The notes beneath the pieces were generated by a model. It was not told the DNA's origin. It worked only from the letters and a program-made list of their open reading frames with translations, and searched no databases. From an uncultured Gammaproteobacteria bacterium (GTDB lineage: Bacteria; Patescibacteriota; Patescibacteriia; Magasanikbacterales; GWA2-37-8): DNA of 64,000 bases. Where the stretch lies: contig CAZWKA010000002.1 in NCBI GenBank assembly GCA_964634875.1, forward strand, positions 15,590 through 79,589. The letters run 5' to 3'. The stretch's first letter is position 1; each line of letters opens with the position of its first letter. This document shows positions 10,136 through 17,969 of the stretch, piece by piece. The translations under genes were made by a program, and so were the position numbers.

Positions 10136-11251
10136 CTATAAAGAAAATTTCTCTAATTGTTTGGCCCAGGTTAAGTTGCCTGCTACGAGGGCTTTACCGG
10201 CCTGGCCAAGGCCAGCGGCATATTCAGGCGTGAGAAGAAGTTCGCGAAGGGCAGTAAGAATCTCTTCATCACTACCGGCATTAACAAGTAAACCAGTTTT
10301 TTTATCTTGGACAATTTCGGTAGTACCACCACTTTTTCCAGCAATAACCGGGATACCACTGGCCGCCGCTTCTGCGAATACTGTCCCCCATCCTTCTTCC
10401 CCCACCCCACCCTCACCCGTAAGTAAGATAAAAATATCTGCGACCTGGTACAGGGGCGGGAGGTCACGGCTGGGCACTGCCCCTAAAAAACGACAAACGT
10501 GTTGGACATCAGTTTTTGTTACGGTGTCCAGAACTTTTTGCCTCTCGCTACCTTCGCCAATAGCAATCCAGACAACATCCGGGAACTCTTCTAAAACCCG
10601 TGGCAGCAAACGAGCCAAGGTGGCAAAACCTTTGCCAGGCACCATCCTGCCCACACTAAGCAATACTTTTTTACCTTGAAGCGCTAACTGGGCTTTAAGT
10701 TTACGGCCAGAAAGGGGATCAATTGAATTAAAAAAATAATCTGCAGGAGCCGGAAACAAAACGCGAACAGGACATGTGACGGCAATATTCTTCCGTAATT
10801 TATCTTCAAGGAATCGGCTATTTACCACAACCTCGTCGGCAGTGGCAACCAAACTAACCAACCTTTTTTTCTTAGGATTACTCGCAAGCGCGCGGTCAAG
10901 ATCGGTGCCGTGAAAAAACAGCACGTACGGAATTTTTAACAACTTTTTAATAGCAGCAGCGATATATCCACCCGGAAGCACTTGGTGAACATAAATCTTG
11001 GTAACCCCTTCCTTTTTTACGATTTTGTAGACCTGGGCGAGCATCCTCAGCCAGTGTGGCCAGAGAAACCAATAGGGTTTATGCCGGTATACTTTAAATG
11101 GCAACGAACTATCTACGGTCGCAGCATTCTTTTCGAACGGAGCGTAAACTACGGTTTCGTTCGCTGGGGTATGGGCAGCAAAATTAATAACATAATTTGC
11201 GATACCGCCAATCTGAGGGGGAAACTCGAGGGTTAGATGCAGGATTTTCAT
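10136..11251 (-). CDS. Glycosyltransferase family 4 (GT-B, Glycos_transf_1)
   Basis: 'EGWGTVFAEAAASGIPVIAGKSGGTTEIV' is the EX7E-type GT4 motif. An ATG at 11251 sits immediately after the flippase stop. The longer ORF-track start at 11338 overlaps the upstream gene. Confidence 0.75.
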   Translation of the reverse strand: MKILHLTLEFPPQIGGIANYVINFAAHTPANETVVYAPFEKNAATVDSSLPFKVYRHKPYWFLWPHWLRMLAQVYKIVKKEGVTKIYVHQVLPGGYIAAAIKKLLKIPYVLFFHGTDLDRALASNPKKKRLVSLVATADEVVVNSRFLEDKLRKNIAVTCPVRVLFPAPADYFFNSIDPLSGRKLKAQLALQGKKVLLSVGRMVPGKGFATLARLLPRVLEEFPDVVWIAIGEGSERQKVLDTVTKTDVQHVCRFLGAVPSRDLPPLYQVADIFILLTGEGGVGEEGWGTVFAEAAASGIPVIAGKSGGTTEIVQDKKTGLLVNAGSDEEILTALRELLLTPEYAAGLGQAGKALVAGNLTWAKQLEKFSL

Positions 11252-12690
11252 ATGCGACGGGTTAAAAGTTTGGCACGGAATTCCTGGATCATAGGCTTCG
11301 TAACCCCACCCGATACAAGGAGAAGCGCTGCATAGCATACCACAGCAAGCGGAATTGTCGAGGCCCAGTTAAGATACCGTTCATTGAGCAAAAAAACGAC
11401 TACCCCCATGCCCACAGCGGGCCAAAAAGTTTGGTTAAAGTATTTTATGAGATTTTTAAGTGAAAATGGTATTGTACTACGGATACACCAAAAACCTGTT
11501 GACCATAACACAATATTGCTGGAAAGGGCTGCCCACGCCGCCCCTCTGATTCCTAGGCGGGGCAAAAGGATTAGGTTAAGGATGATATTAATGGTGAGCG
11601 CGATAGAAATAAGGATCGTTTGTGTTTTTTGTCGCCCAACCGCGTTGAGTACTGCACCGTTAATAATGGTGAGGTAGGTGAAAATAAGGCTTGCTAATAA
11701 AATTTGTAAAACAGGGATAGAAGGAATAAATTCTATTTTATAGAAATAAATAATAACTGGCCGCGCCAAGAGGCCGAGCCCGATTGTGAGCGGAAAAATA
11801 ATGGTAAAAAGGTAACGATAGGCTTTACTGATAAACTCCCCTATCTTTAAAGGCTCCTTAATATACAGCGAACTGATAACTGGGTATAAACTAGCAGCAA
11901 CCGCAATAGGTACGAACTGGAAAGCAAAAGTCATTTTATACGGCACACTCCACCACCCCAACTCTTCTGCCGAAACCATTTTTGACATTAGAAGTGAATC
12001 ACTATAGGCATATAAACGCCCAATAAGCCCAGCTAAAGCAATTGGCCAAGCCAATAACAAAAACTCTTTAAAAATAGCCTGGTTGAATCCTTTCCAAAAA
12101 CGTACTTGCGCGGTTGTTTTTACCACCACGGCCGCGTAGATGAGGTTGCAAAAACTGGGAATAGTGTAGGCAATAATGAAAAAATAGATTGGCCAGCCCT
12201 TGTACAAAGCCAAACCACCCAAGGATAAAGTCAGTAACTGCGAACCAACCATGCCGAGTGCCTCATACAACAAGTTGTTGCGGGCACGCAAGAGACTGTA
12301 AAAAACAGTCTGCAGATTATCGAAAAACATGGTGAGTCCCGATACCGCTATGAGCATCTTGAGTGACGGCGGATATCCAAGAAGCTCTGTAGCAAGCAAA
12401 ACTAAGCCATAGGTGCCTAGTCCGAAAATAATCTTTGACCAAAAAGCAGTGGCTACAAAGGCAGCACCTTTTTCAGGGAATTTAGCTGCTTCGCGGGTGA
12501 GGGTATTGCCGAACCCAAAATCAGCAATAACGATAAAAATTGTTGTAAACGTCAGCGCAAAAAAATACTGCCCAGTATCCTCTACCCCAATCGACCGCGC
12601 AAGAACAGTAAAATAAAAAAAAGAAATAATCTTTTGCAAGATCGAGGCAGCCGTAAGGAATGAGGTGTTTTGGACAACGGTATAGGACAT
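11248..12690 (-). CDS. Wzx-type oligosaccharide/polysaccharide flippase (MOP superfamily)
   Basis: About 480 aa with 12-14 TM helices. N-terminus 'SFLTAASILQKIISFFYFTVLARSIGVEDTGQY' is typical of Polysacc_synt. The internal ATG at 12690 was chosen over the 12801 extension. Confidence 0.65.
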   Translation of the reverse strand: MSYTVVQNTSFLTAASILQKIISFFYFTVLARSIGVEDTGQYFFALTFTTIFIVIADFGFGNTLTREAAKFPEKGAAFVATAFWSKIIFGLGTYGLVLLATELLGYPPSLKMLIAVSGLTMFFDNLQTVFYSLLRARNNLLYEALGMVGSQLLTLSLGGLALYKGWPIYFFIIAYTIPSFCNLIYAAVVVKTTAQVRFWKGFNQAIFKEFLLLAWPIALAGLIGRLYAYSDSLLMSKMVSAEELGWWSVPYKMTFAFQFVPIAVAASLYPVISSLYIKEPLKIGEFISKAYRYLFTIIFPLTIGLGLLARPVIIYFYKIEFIPSIPVLQILLASLIFTYLTIINGAVLNAVGRQKTQTILISIALTINIILNLILLPRLGIRGAAWAALSSNIVLWSTGFWCIRSTIPFSLKNLIKYFNQTFWPAVGMGVVVFLLNERYLNWASTIPLAVVCYAALLLVSGGVTKPMIQEFRAKLLTRRI

Positions 12691-12839
12691 ACAGAAACTA
12701 AGGGCTATGATCCGTAGCTTATCATTGAATTGAAGTTTTTTCCACCCATTGGGCGGATCTGCTGCCAACACTAAAAACAAAGTTCTTTCTGGCAATGACA
12801 CTGAAAACCACCTGCATGCATAATGCTTTAAGCCTAGGG

Positions 12840-12868
12840 TTGACAGGTCGGCACAAAAGCTTTAATTT
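12840..12868 (+). promoter_or_regulatory. Sigma70-type promoter (TTGACA-17-TAATTT) of high-GC cassette 1
   Basis: TTGACA at 12840-12845, a 17-nt spacer, and TAATTT at 12863-12868. An AGGAG Shine-Dalgarno sits 7 nt before the ATG at 12894. Confidence 0.5.
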
Positions 12869-12893
12869 ATTAGAAAACAACCAGGAGAATCTG

Positions 12894-13103
12894 ATGACAC
12901 TTGAGCAAATGTTTACCGAGTGTGTTCACATGGAGGACGGTGAACAGAAGAAATTCAGATTCCTTCAGCCAGTGGCGCGCAAGAAGGTGGAGCGCCTTGC
13001 CGAGCGAGTCGCTGCAGAAAAGCTCCGTCAAGGCGGGTACCTAACCGTCACTATCGACGGCCTGCACGCTATCTGGACTGCAACATGCACGACTGTCATC
13101 TAG
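12894..13103 (+). CDS. Hypothetical small protein (69 aa), high-GC orphan cassette 1
   Basis: ATG with a strong Shine-Dalgarno. Visibly GC-rich codons. Followed by the perfect-hairpin terminator at 13188-13216. No recognisable domain. Confidence 0.45.
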   Translation: MTLEQMFTECVHMEDGEQKKFRFLQPVARKKVERLAERVAAEKLRQGGYLTVTIDGLHAIWTATCTTVI

Positions 13104-13187
13104 CGCAACAACCCTGTCGTTCACTTGCCTTTTGAGCGTCGTAACCGATGCTTAAAAGGGAGGATCGAACGCCAGGGTTGTTTTTAT

Positions 13188-13216
13188 AAAAAACCCTCTG
13201 ATCAGAGGGTTTTTTA
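13188..13216. terminator. Bidirectional intrinsic terminator (aaaaccctctgatcagagggtttttt)
   Basis: A perfect 10-bp stem flanked by an A-run and a T-run. It sits between convergent genes (cassette 1 on plus, rpsI on minus). Confidence 0.75.
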
Positions 13217-13234
13217 GGAAGATTGTAAGTTTTT

Positions 13235-13642
13235 TTAACGCTTGCTCCACTGTGGTGCACGGCGAGCTTTTTTAAGACCTGGTTTCTTGCGTTCCTTGAT
13301 GCGGGCGTCTCGGGTAAGAAGACCGAGGGCTTTAAGTACCTTTTTGTTTTCCTCATTCCAAAGGACCAGGGCGCGAGCAATACCGAGCTGCACAGCCGTG
13401 GCTTGTCCTTTTTTGCCGCCACCAGCTACTTTGGCTGATACATCAAGATCCTTGTCTTTAGCCAGAGCTTTGAGAGGAGCAAAAATTGTCTCCTGCCATT
13501 CAAAGTAAGGAAAATATTTTTCAAGCGGCTGTCCATTGACCGTAATAGTTCCTTTGCCTTTTTCCAAACGAACCCGGGCAGAAGCAGATTTGCGGCGGCC
13601 GACAGCGCGCATTTGGTCGGTTTTAGTAGTAAGCTTTGTCAT
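13235..13642 (-). CDS. rpsI: 30S ribosomal protein S9
   Basis: C-terminus '...RRAPQWSKR' and the conserved S9 core 'GGGKKGQATAVQLGIARAL'. Confidence 0.93.
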   Translation of the reverse strand: MTKLTTKTDQMRAVGRRKSASARVRLEKGKGTITVNGQPLEKYFPYFEWQETIFAPLKALAKDKDLDVSAKVAGGGKKGQATAVQLGIARALVLWNEENKKVLKALGLLTRDARIKERKKPGLKKARRAPQWSKR

Positions 13643-13654
13643 ACAAAGTTCGGT

Positions 13655-14011
13655 TTATTTAAAAGACAAACGCAAGAGACGTGCTTCGCGCAGTTTGTTT
13701 TTCGGAAGCATTTTTACCACCGCGTGACGGACGACGTCTTCAGGCTTTTCAGCTAAGACTTTCCTGACTGGGGTGCGCTTAAGACCACCTGGATGCATGG
13801 TGTGGTGCAAGAATTCTTTCTGCTCAAGCTTCTTACCAGTAAAGAGAACTTTGCTGGCATTGAGGATAACAACTTTATCGCCCATGTCGCGGTGTGGTAC
13901 ATAGCTCGCCTTGTGTTTGCCCATCAAAAGCGTGGCGATCTTGGTAGCAAGCCGTCCAGGAGCCTGGTTAGTCGCATCAATTTCGTGTTTTTTGCGTTTA
14001 ATACTGGCCAT
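13655..14011 (-). CDS. rplM: 50S ribosomal protein L13
   Basis: 'KKHEIDATNQAPGRLATKIATLLMGKHK' is the L13 N-terminal signature. It is upstream of rpsI as in the canonical operon. Confidence 0.92.
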   Translation of the reverse strand: MASIKRKKHEIDATNQAPGRLATKIATLLMGKHKASYVPHRDMGDKVVILNASKVLFTGKKLEQKEFLHHTMHPGGLKRTPVRKVLAEKPEDVVRHAVVKMLPKNKLREARLLRLSFK

Positions 14012-14036
14012 AACAGTTATTTAGACAAATTATAAG

Positions 14037-14387
14037 TTAGACGAATTCAATCAGTACTTCCTCTGCTCCGTCGCCAACGCGATTTCTAAGGCTCGTGGTG
14101 CGAGTGTAACCGCCTTTGCGGTCGAGGTAACGGGGTCCTAATTGTTCCATCAATTTTTTAACTGCATTTTCAGTGTAAAGCTCTTTAATAAGAGCGCGGC
14201 GAGCAGTCAGTGTATTTGCTTTGGATTTGGTAATAAGTTTTTCAACATACGACCGGACAGCACGTGCTTTGGCCTTGGTGGTCTTGATTTTTTCGTAGAT
14301 AATCAGGCTTTCAGCCAAGTTAGCTAAGAGCGACCGGCGGGCAGCCGAATTGCGGTCAAGCGTAATTTTAGTTTTTTGATGTCTCAT
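14037..14387 (-). CDS. rplQ: 50S ribosomal protein L17
   Basis: 'MRHQKTKITLDRNSAARRSLLANLA...' is the L17 N-terminal signature. It follows rpoA. Confidence 0.92.
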   Translation of the reverse strand: MRHQKTKITLDRNSAARRSLLANLAESLIIYEKIKTTKAKARAVRSYVEKLITKSKANTLTARRALIKELYTENAVKKLMEQLGPRYLDRKGGYTRTTSLRNRVGDGAEEVLIEFV

Positions 14388-14439
14388 ACTGATAGTGCTT
14401 GATAGCTGGTAGCGCAGGAGCGCCGTAGCAATTGGTTAA

Positions 14440-15270
14440 TTATGATTTTTTCTTAGTCTTCTTTGCCTTTGGTTTCTTTTCTGATTCTTCTTCACCGCCC
14501 ATTTCAGTCGTTTCCTCCGGCAGCGCTTCACCCGCTTCTTCACCCACAGCTTCCACAGCAGCTGGCGCAAAGTCTGGCGTAGCACTAACTTCATCTAAAA
14601 TAATATTGAAATGGCTGATCAAGATTTGAGTACTCTGAAGCAATGCATCTTTCGGAGCAATCGTTCCATTCGTTTCGATGTTAATCGTCAAGCGTTCAAA
14701 GTTTGTAATGTCACCGACACGCGTGTATTCAACTTTATAACCAACATCCTTTACAGGAGTGTAGACCGAATCCATAACAATCGTGCCAAGGTCATAATTT
14801 TGCTTATCTTTTTCTTCGACTGGTTTATAACCACGTCCCTTACCGACCGTAACGTCGATGTCAAGCGTTTTAGCGCTGGTCAGGTGGGCAATGACTAAAT
14901 CCGGATTAACAATTTCAACGTTCGAGTTAGCGACGAAATCAGCAGCAGTAACAACACCAGGACCCTTTTTAACAAGATTCAAAACAACGGTCTCGTCGGT
15001 AAAAATCTTAACCGCCAACTGTTTGAGGTTAAGCATCATTTCCATGGCGTCTTCTTTAACACCCTCAACAGTACTAAATTCGTGAGAAACGCCTTTTACT
15101 TTAAAATGCTCAACGGCTGAGCCAGGGAGTGACGACAACAAAACACGACGGAGCGCATTTCCGAGCGTTGTTCCATACCCGTGATAACACGGTGTAATAA
15201 CGACCGAACCAGAATTCGGCGTCTGCCCCTCTTGGAATTCCACTTTGGAAGGAAGAAGAAAATTCTCCAT
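14440..15270 (-). CDS. rpoA: DNA-directed RNA polymerase alpha subunit (short form; N-terminal domain plus acidic/lysine tail, no recognisable alpha-CTD)
   Basis: RpoA N-terminal-domain motifs are present ('GYGTTLGNALRRVLLSSLPGSAV'). It is 276 aa, compared with ~330 aa typically. The C-terminus is 'EEAGEALPEETTEMGGEEESEKKPKAKKTKKKS'. Confidence 0.88.
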   Translation of the reverse strand: MENFLLPSKVEFQEGQTPNSGSVVITPCYHGYGTTLGNALRRVLLSSLPGSAVEHFKVKGVSHEFSTVEGVKEDAMEMMLNLKQLAVKIFTDETVVLNLVKKGPGVVTAADFVANSNVEIVNPDLVIAHLTSAKTLDIDVTVGKGRGYKPVEEKDKQNYDLGTIVMDSVYTPVKDVGYKVEYTRVGDITNFERLTINIETNGTIAPKDALLQSTQILISHFNIILDEVSATPDFAPAAVEAVGEEAGEALPEETTEMGGEEESEKKPKAKKTKKKS

Positions 15271-15281
15271 AGTGCTTAAAA

Positions 15282-15890
15282 TTAACGAGAATAAAACTCA
15301 ATGATTGCTTTGGCGTCAAAATTTGGATTTTCGGCAGTTGGGCTATTGAGCACTTTGCCGGCCAAATTTTTCGCTTCGATAGTAAGCCAGCTCGGGGCTT
15401 CAACCTTAGCAAGAGTTTCGCTCAAGTTTTCATATAACTTACTTTTTTTCTTAGTTTCTTTAATTCCAACTACGTCGCCTACTTTTACACGGTAAGAAGG
15501 AATATCAACATTTTTACCATTTACAGTAGTGTGTCCGTGGCCAACAATCTGGCGAGCGCTGCGGCGGGATTTTGCCAAGCCCAAGCGGTAGACTACATTA
15601 TCAAGACGGGATTCAAGGTAATTGAGCAAAATCTTGCTGGTATCACCGGTTTTTTTGGAAGCCTCTTCAACGTAGTTTGAAAATTGGCGCTCCAAAAGTC
15701 CGTAAATCTGTTTTACTTTTTGTTTTTCACGCAATTGTTTACCATAAGCAGAGAGCTTTGGTTTTTTCTTGTTTGGGCCATGCTGCCCGGCTGGGTAGCT
15801 GCGGCGAGTAATAGGGCATTTCGGGGAATCACAGAGTTTCTCTCCGAACTTGCGGCATACTTTATGTTTTGGTCTGAGATCGCGAGCCAT
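15282..15890 (-). CDS. rpsD: 30S ribosomal protein S4
   Basis: 'MARDLRPKHKVCRKFGEKLC...' is the S4 zinc-ribbon N-terminus, and an S4 RNA-binding domain follows. Confidence 0.93.
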   Translation of the reverse strand: MARDLRPKHKVCRKFGEKLCDSPKCPITRRSYPAGQHGPNKKKPKLSAYGKQLREKQKVKQIYGLLERQFSNYVEEASKKTGDTSKILLNYLESRLDNVVYRLGLAKSRRSARQIVGHGHTTVNGKNVDIPSYRVKVGDVVGIKETKKKSKLYENLSETLAKVEAPSWLTIEAKNLAGKVLNSPTAENPNFDAKAIIEFYSR

Positions 15891-15924
15891 ACAGTATAAA
15901 GTTTTGGTAATTTAGAAAAGATTA

Positions 15925-16362
15925 TTAAACACGACGGCGTTTCGGCGGACGGCAGCCGTTGTGTGGAATTGGAGTGGTATCCGTAATGGATAAGACATTT
16001 AAACCATTGGCGTGCAAAGCACGGATAGCACTTTCGCGACCACCACCAATGCCTTTTACAAAGACATTAATTTCTTTCAAGCCGTATTCAGCCACCTTAG
16101 CCAACAATTCTTTCACAACCACACTGGCTGCATAAGGAGTAGCTTTTTTAGGCCCTTTAAACCCAGTTGCTCCGGCGGAACACCAGCCTAAAACGTTACC
16201 ATTAGGATCAGCGACCGAAATGATAGTGTTGTTATACGAAGCTTGCACATAGGCATTGCCGCGAGGAACTTGTTTAAGGATTTTCTTTTTCTTTGCTTTA
16301 ACTACCTTACTCGGGGCAACTTTGTTTTCACCAGAGGTAGGTTTCTGAGTTTGATCGGACAT
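15925..16362 (-). CDS. rpsK: 30S ribosomal protein S11
   Basis: Conserved S11 core 'GNVLGWCSAGATGFKGPKKATPYAA'. Confidence 0.92.
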   Translation of the reverse strand: MSDQTQKPTSGENKVAPSKVVKAKKKKILKQVPRGNAYVQASYNNTIISVADPNGNVLGWCSAGATGFKGPKKATPYAASVVVKELLAKVAEYGLKEINVFVKGIGGGRESAIRALHANGLNVLSITDTTPIPHNGCRPPKRRRV

Positions 16363-16409
16363 ACAGGTTTTAATTGCTAGAAGTTAGGAATTACGCTATG
16401 AGTACAACT

Positions 16410-16796
16410 TTAGGTCTTCTGACCAGCATCTTTACGACCACTGCCCATAGTCTTGCGGGTGTTGCCGCGGACAGTACGGGAATTTGTCTTAGTGCGCTGC
16501 CCACGAACCGGTAAATGTTTCATGTGACGGAGGCCGCGGTAGGATTTAATGTCTTTCAAGCGCTTGATGTTACTCTGTACTTCACGGCGCAAATCGCCTT
16601 CAGTGCGGTAACTTTTTTCAACGATAGCCCGAAGCTTATCCTGTTCTTCAGTAGTAAGATCTTTAACCCGGGTATCCTCGCTGATACCAGCAGTCTTTAA
16701 AATCTTTTTAGAAAGGGTTGGCCCAATGCCATAGATGTAGCTGAGCGAAGCGAAGACTTTCTTTTCATTAGGGATGTTAGTTCCAGCAATACGCAT
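16410..16796 (-). CDS. rpsM: 30S ribosomal protein S13
   Basis: '[25 protein letters not shown]' is the S13 N-terminal signature. Confidence 0.93.
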   Translation of the reverse strand: MRIAGTNIPNEKKVFASLSYIYGIGPTLSKKILKTAGISEDTRVKDLTTEEQDKLRAIVEKSYRTEGDLRREVQSNIKRLKDIKSYRGLRHMKHLPVRGQRTKTNSRTVRGNTRKTMGSGRKDAGQKT

Positions 16797-16838
16797 ACTT
16801 TTGGGTAGTAATTATTAGAGGTATAAAGACAGCCGAGC

Positions 16839-16952
16839 TTAACCTTGGCGTTGTTTATGTTTGGAATTGGAGCAAATGACTCGCAGGCGTCCTTTGCGGC
16901 GGACGATCTTGCATTTCATGCAGATTTTCTTTACGGATGCTCTGACTTTCAT
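16839..16952 (-). CDS. rpmJ: 50S ribosomal protein L36 (37 aa; absent from the ORF track)
   Basis: The reverse-strand translation reads [37 protein letters not shown]. This is the L36 zinc-ribbon sequence, located between infA and rpsM as expected. Confidence 0.9.
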   Translation of the reverse strand: MKVRASVKKICMKCKIVRRKGRLRVICSNSKHKQRQG

Positions 16953-17093
16953 ACTGGCAAATATTTTAAGTAAGAAAAAATACCAACCACTGCCGCGATA
17001 TCGACGCCCAATATGTTCCCTCAGTCGGACAAAAAACCGGAAGACTGAGGAAGATCGAGCTACACCGCACTGGTTGATATTCTTAAAAAGTTT

Positions 17094-17312
17094 TTAAAAA
17101 CGAAAGATAATTCTTCCTTTCGTAAGATCGTAAGGTGTCATTGCAACTTTTACCTGGTCACCAAGCGATAAACGAATCTTGTTTAAACGCATTTTGCCCG
17201 CTAAATGGGCAATGATAACTTGGCCGCTTTCGAGCTTAACCCGAAAATTGGCCGCTGGTAAGAGCTCTTCAACCCTACCCTTGATCTCGATAATTTCTTT
17301 TTCGTTAGCCAT
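17094..17312 (-). CDS. infA: Translation initiation factor IF-1
   Basis: 72 aa with an S1-like fold: '[35 protein letters not shown]'. Confidence 0.93.
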   Translation of the reverse strand: MANEKEIIEIKGRVEELLPAANFRVKLESGQVIIAHLAGKMRLNKIRLSLGDQVKVAMTPYDLTKGRIIFRF

Positions 17313-17334
17313 TCAAGAAAATTAATCTGTGATT

Positions 17335-17363
17335 AGTATAAAGGAAAATGGAGACAAAGTCAA
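17335..17363 (-). promoter_or_regulatory. Sigma70-type promoter of the infA-rpmJ-rpsM-...-rpsI operon (TTGACT-17-TATACT)
   Basis: On the minus strand: TTGACT at 17363..17358, a 17-nt spacer, and TATACT at 17340..17335. About 25 nt upstream of the infA start. Confidence 0.6.
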
Positions 17364-17447
17364 GGCTTTGGCTTAAAACAGGGTAAAACAACAGAACTGC
17401 CGTTCCTGACTTAAAATTTGCCTTTACTTAGCAAAAATATTGATTAT

Positions 17448-17951
17448 CTATGGTTGAGGCGATTTTTTGTCACCCGGGTTGTGCACACCCTCTGCCCCGA
17501 CTGAAACCTCTCGGATTTCTGGAGAAATTTTGTAAACCCAAAATTTATACAGTAAAAAATTCCAGGCAACAGCAAGAGCAATGTTAGCGGTTCGGAAAAG
17601 TAGATAGTTGTAGCGTTCAGGCTGAATTACAATCAACTGGAGTCGCTCGGTAAAAAACCACATCCACAAAACTGAAATACCATAATTGGTGAGTGCTAAC
17701 AAATAAAATCGCACCATCTGTGAACGGGTAATCCCTTTAGCCTTGAAGGCCCAATACTTATTTAAGAAGAAAACGTAATTGAGGAGAATTGCCTGGTTAA
17801 TTATTACCGCTTGTACTGCAGTAAGGTGGACAAATTCCTTAAATAAAAACAAAGTCGTAATATCAAGGACAAAAGCACTAAACCCAATAAGGAAGTACTT
17901 GGCGAATTGAACTCGTGCCCCCCAAGCTTTTTGTAGAAAAATTTTAAGCAT
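17448..17951 (-). CDS. GtrA-family membrane protein (polysaccharide synthesis/translocation accessory)
   Basis: 167 aa with 4 TM helices. 'FAKYFLIGFSAFVLDITTLFLF' is the GtrA-like N-terminus. Confidence 0.65.
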   Translation of the reverse strand: MLKIFLQKAWGARVQFAKYFLIGFSAFVLDITTLFLFKEFVHLTAVQAVIINQAILLNYVFFLNKYWAFKAKGITRSQMVRFYLLALTNYGISVLWMWFFTERLQLIVIQPERYNYLLFRTANIALAVAWNFLLYKFWVYKISPEIREVSVGAEGVHNPGDKKSPQP

Positions 17952-17969
17952 GCAGTTTATTTAACAAGC

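Noticed and set aside
11248-12801. Long N-terminal extensions in the ORF track, which often use TTG or GTG alternative starts. They overlap upstream genes (Wzx 12801, GT4 11338, zwf 26884, formyltransferase 58218, NeuB 60426, FNR-like 62291, nucleotidyltransferase 41101).
   Set aside because: Internal ATG starts restore the conserved N-termini of the respective families and remove the 60-90-nt overlaps, so the shorter forms are preferred.
13140-13180. A 'gttcgatcc' T-loop-like string, read on the reverse strand, in the gap after cassette 1.
   Set aside because: It could not be folded into a cloverleaf: there are no matching acceptor or anticodon stems. It is probably coincidental.
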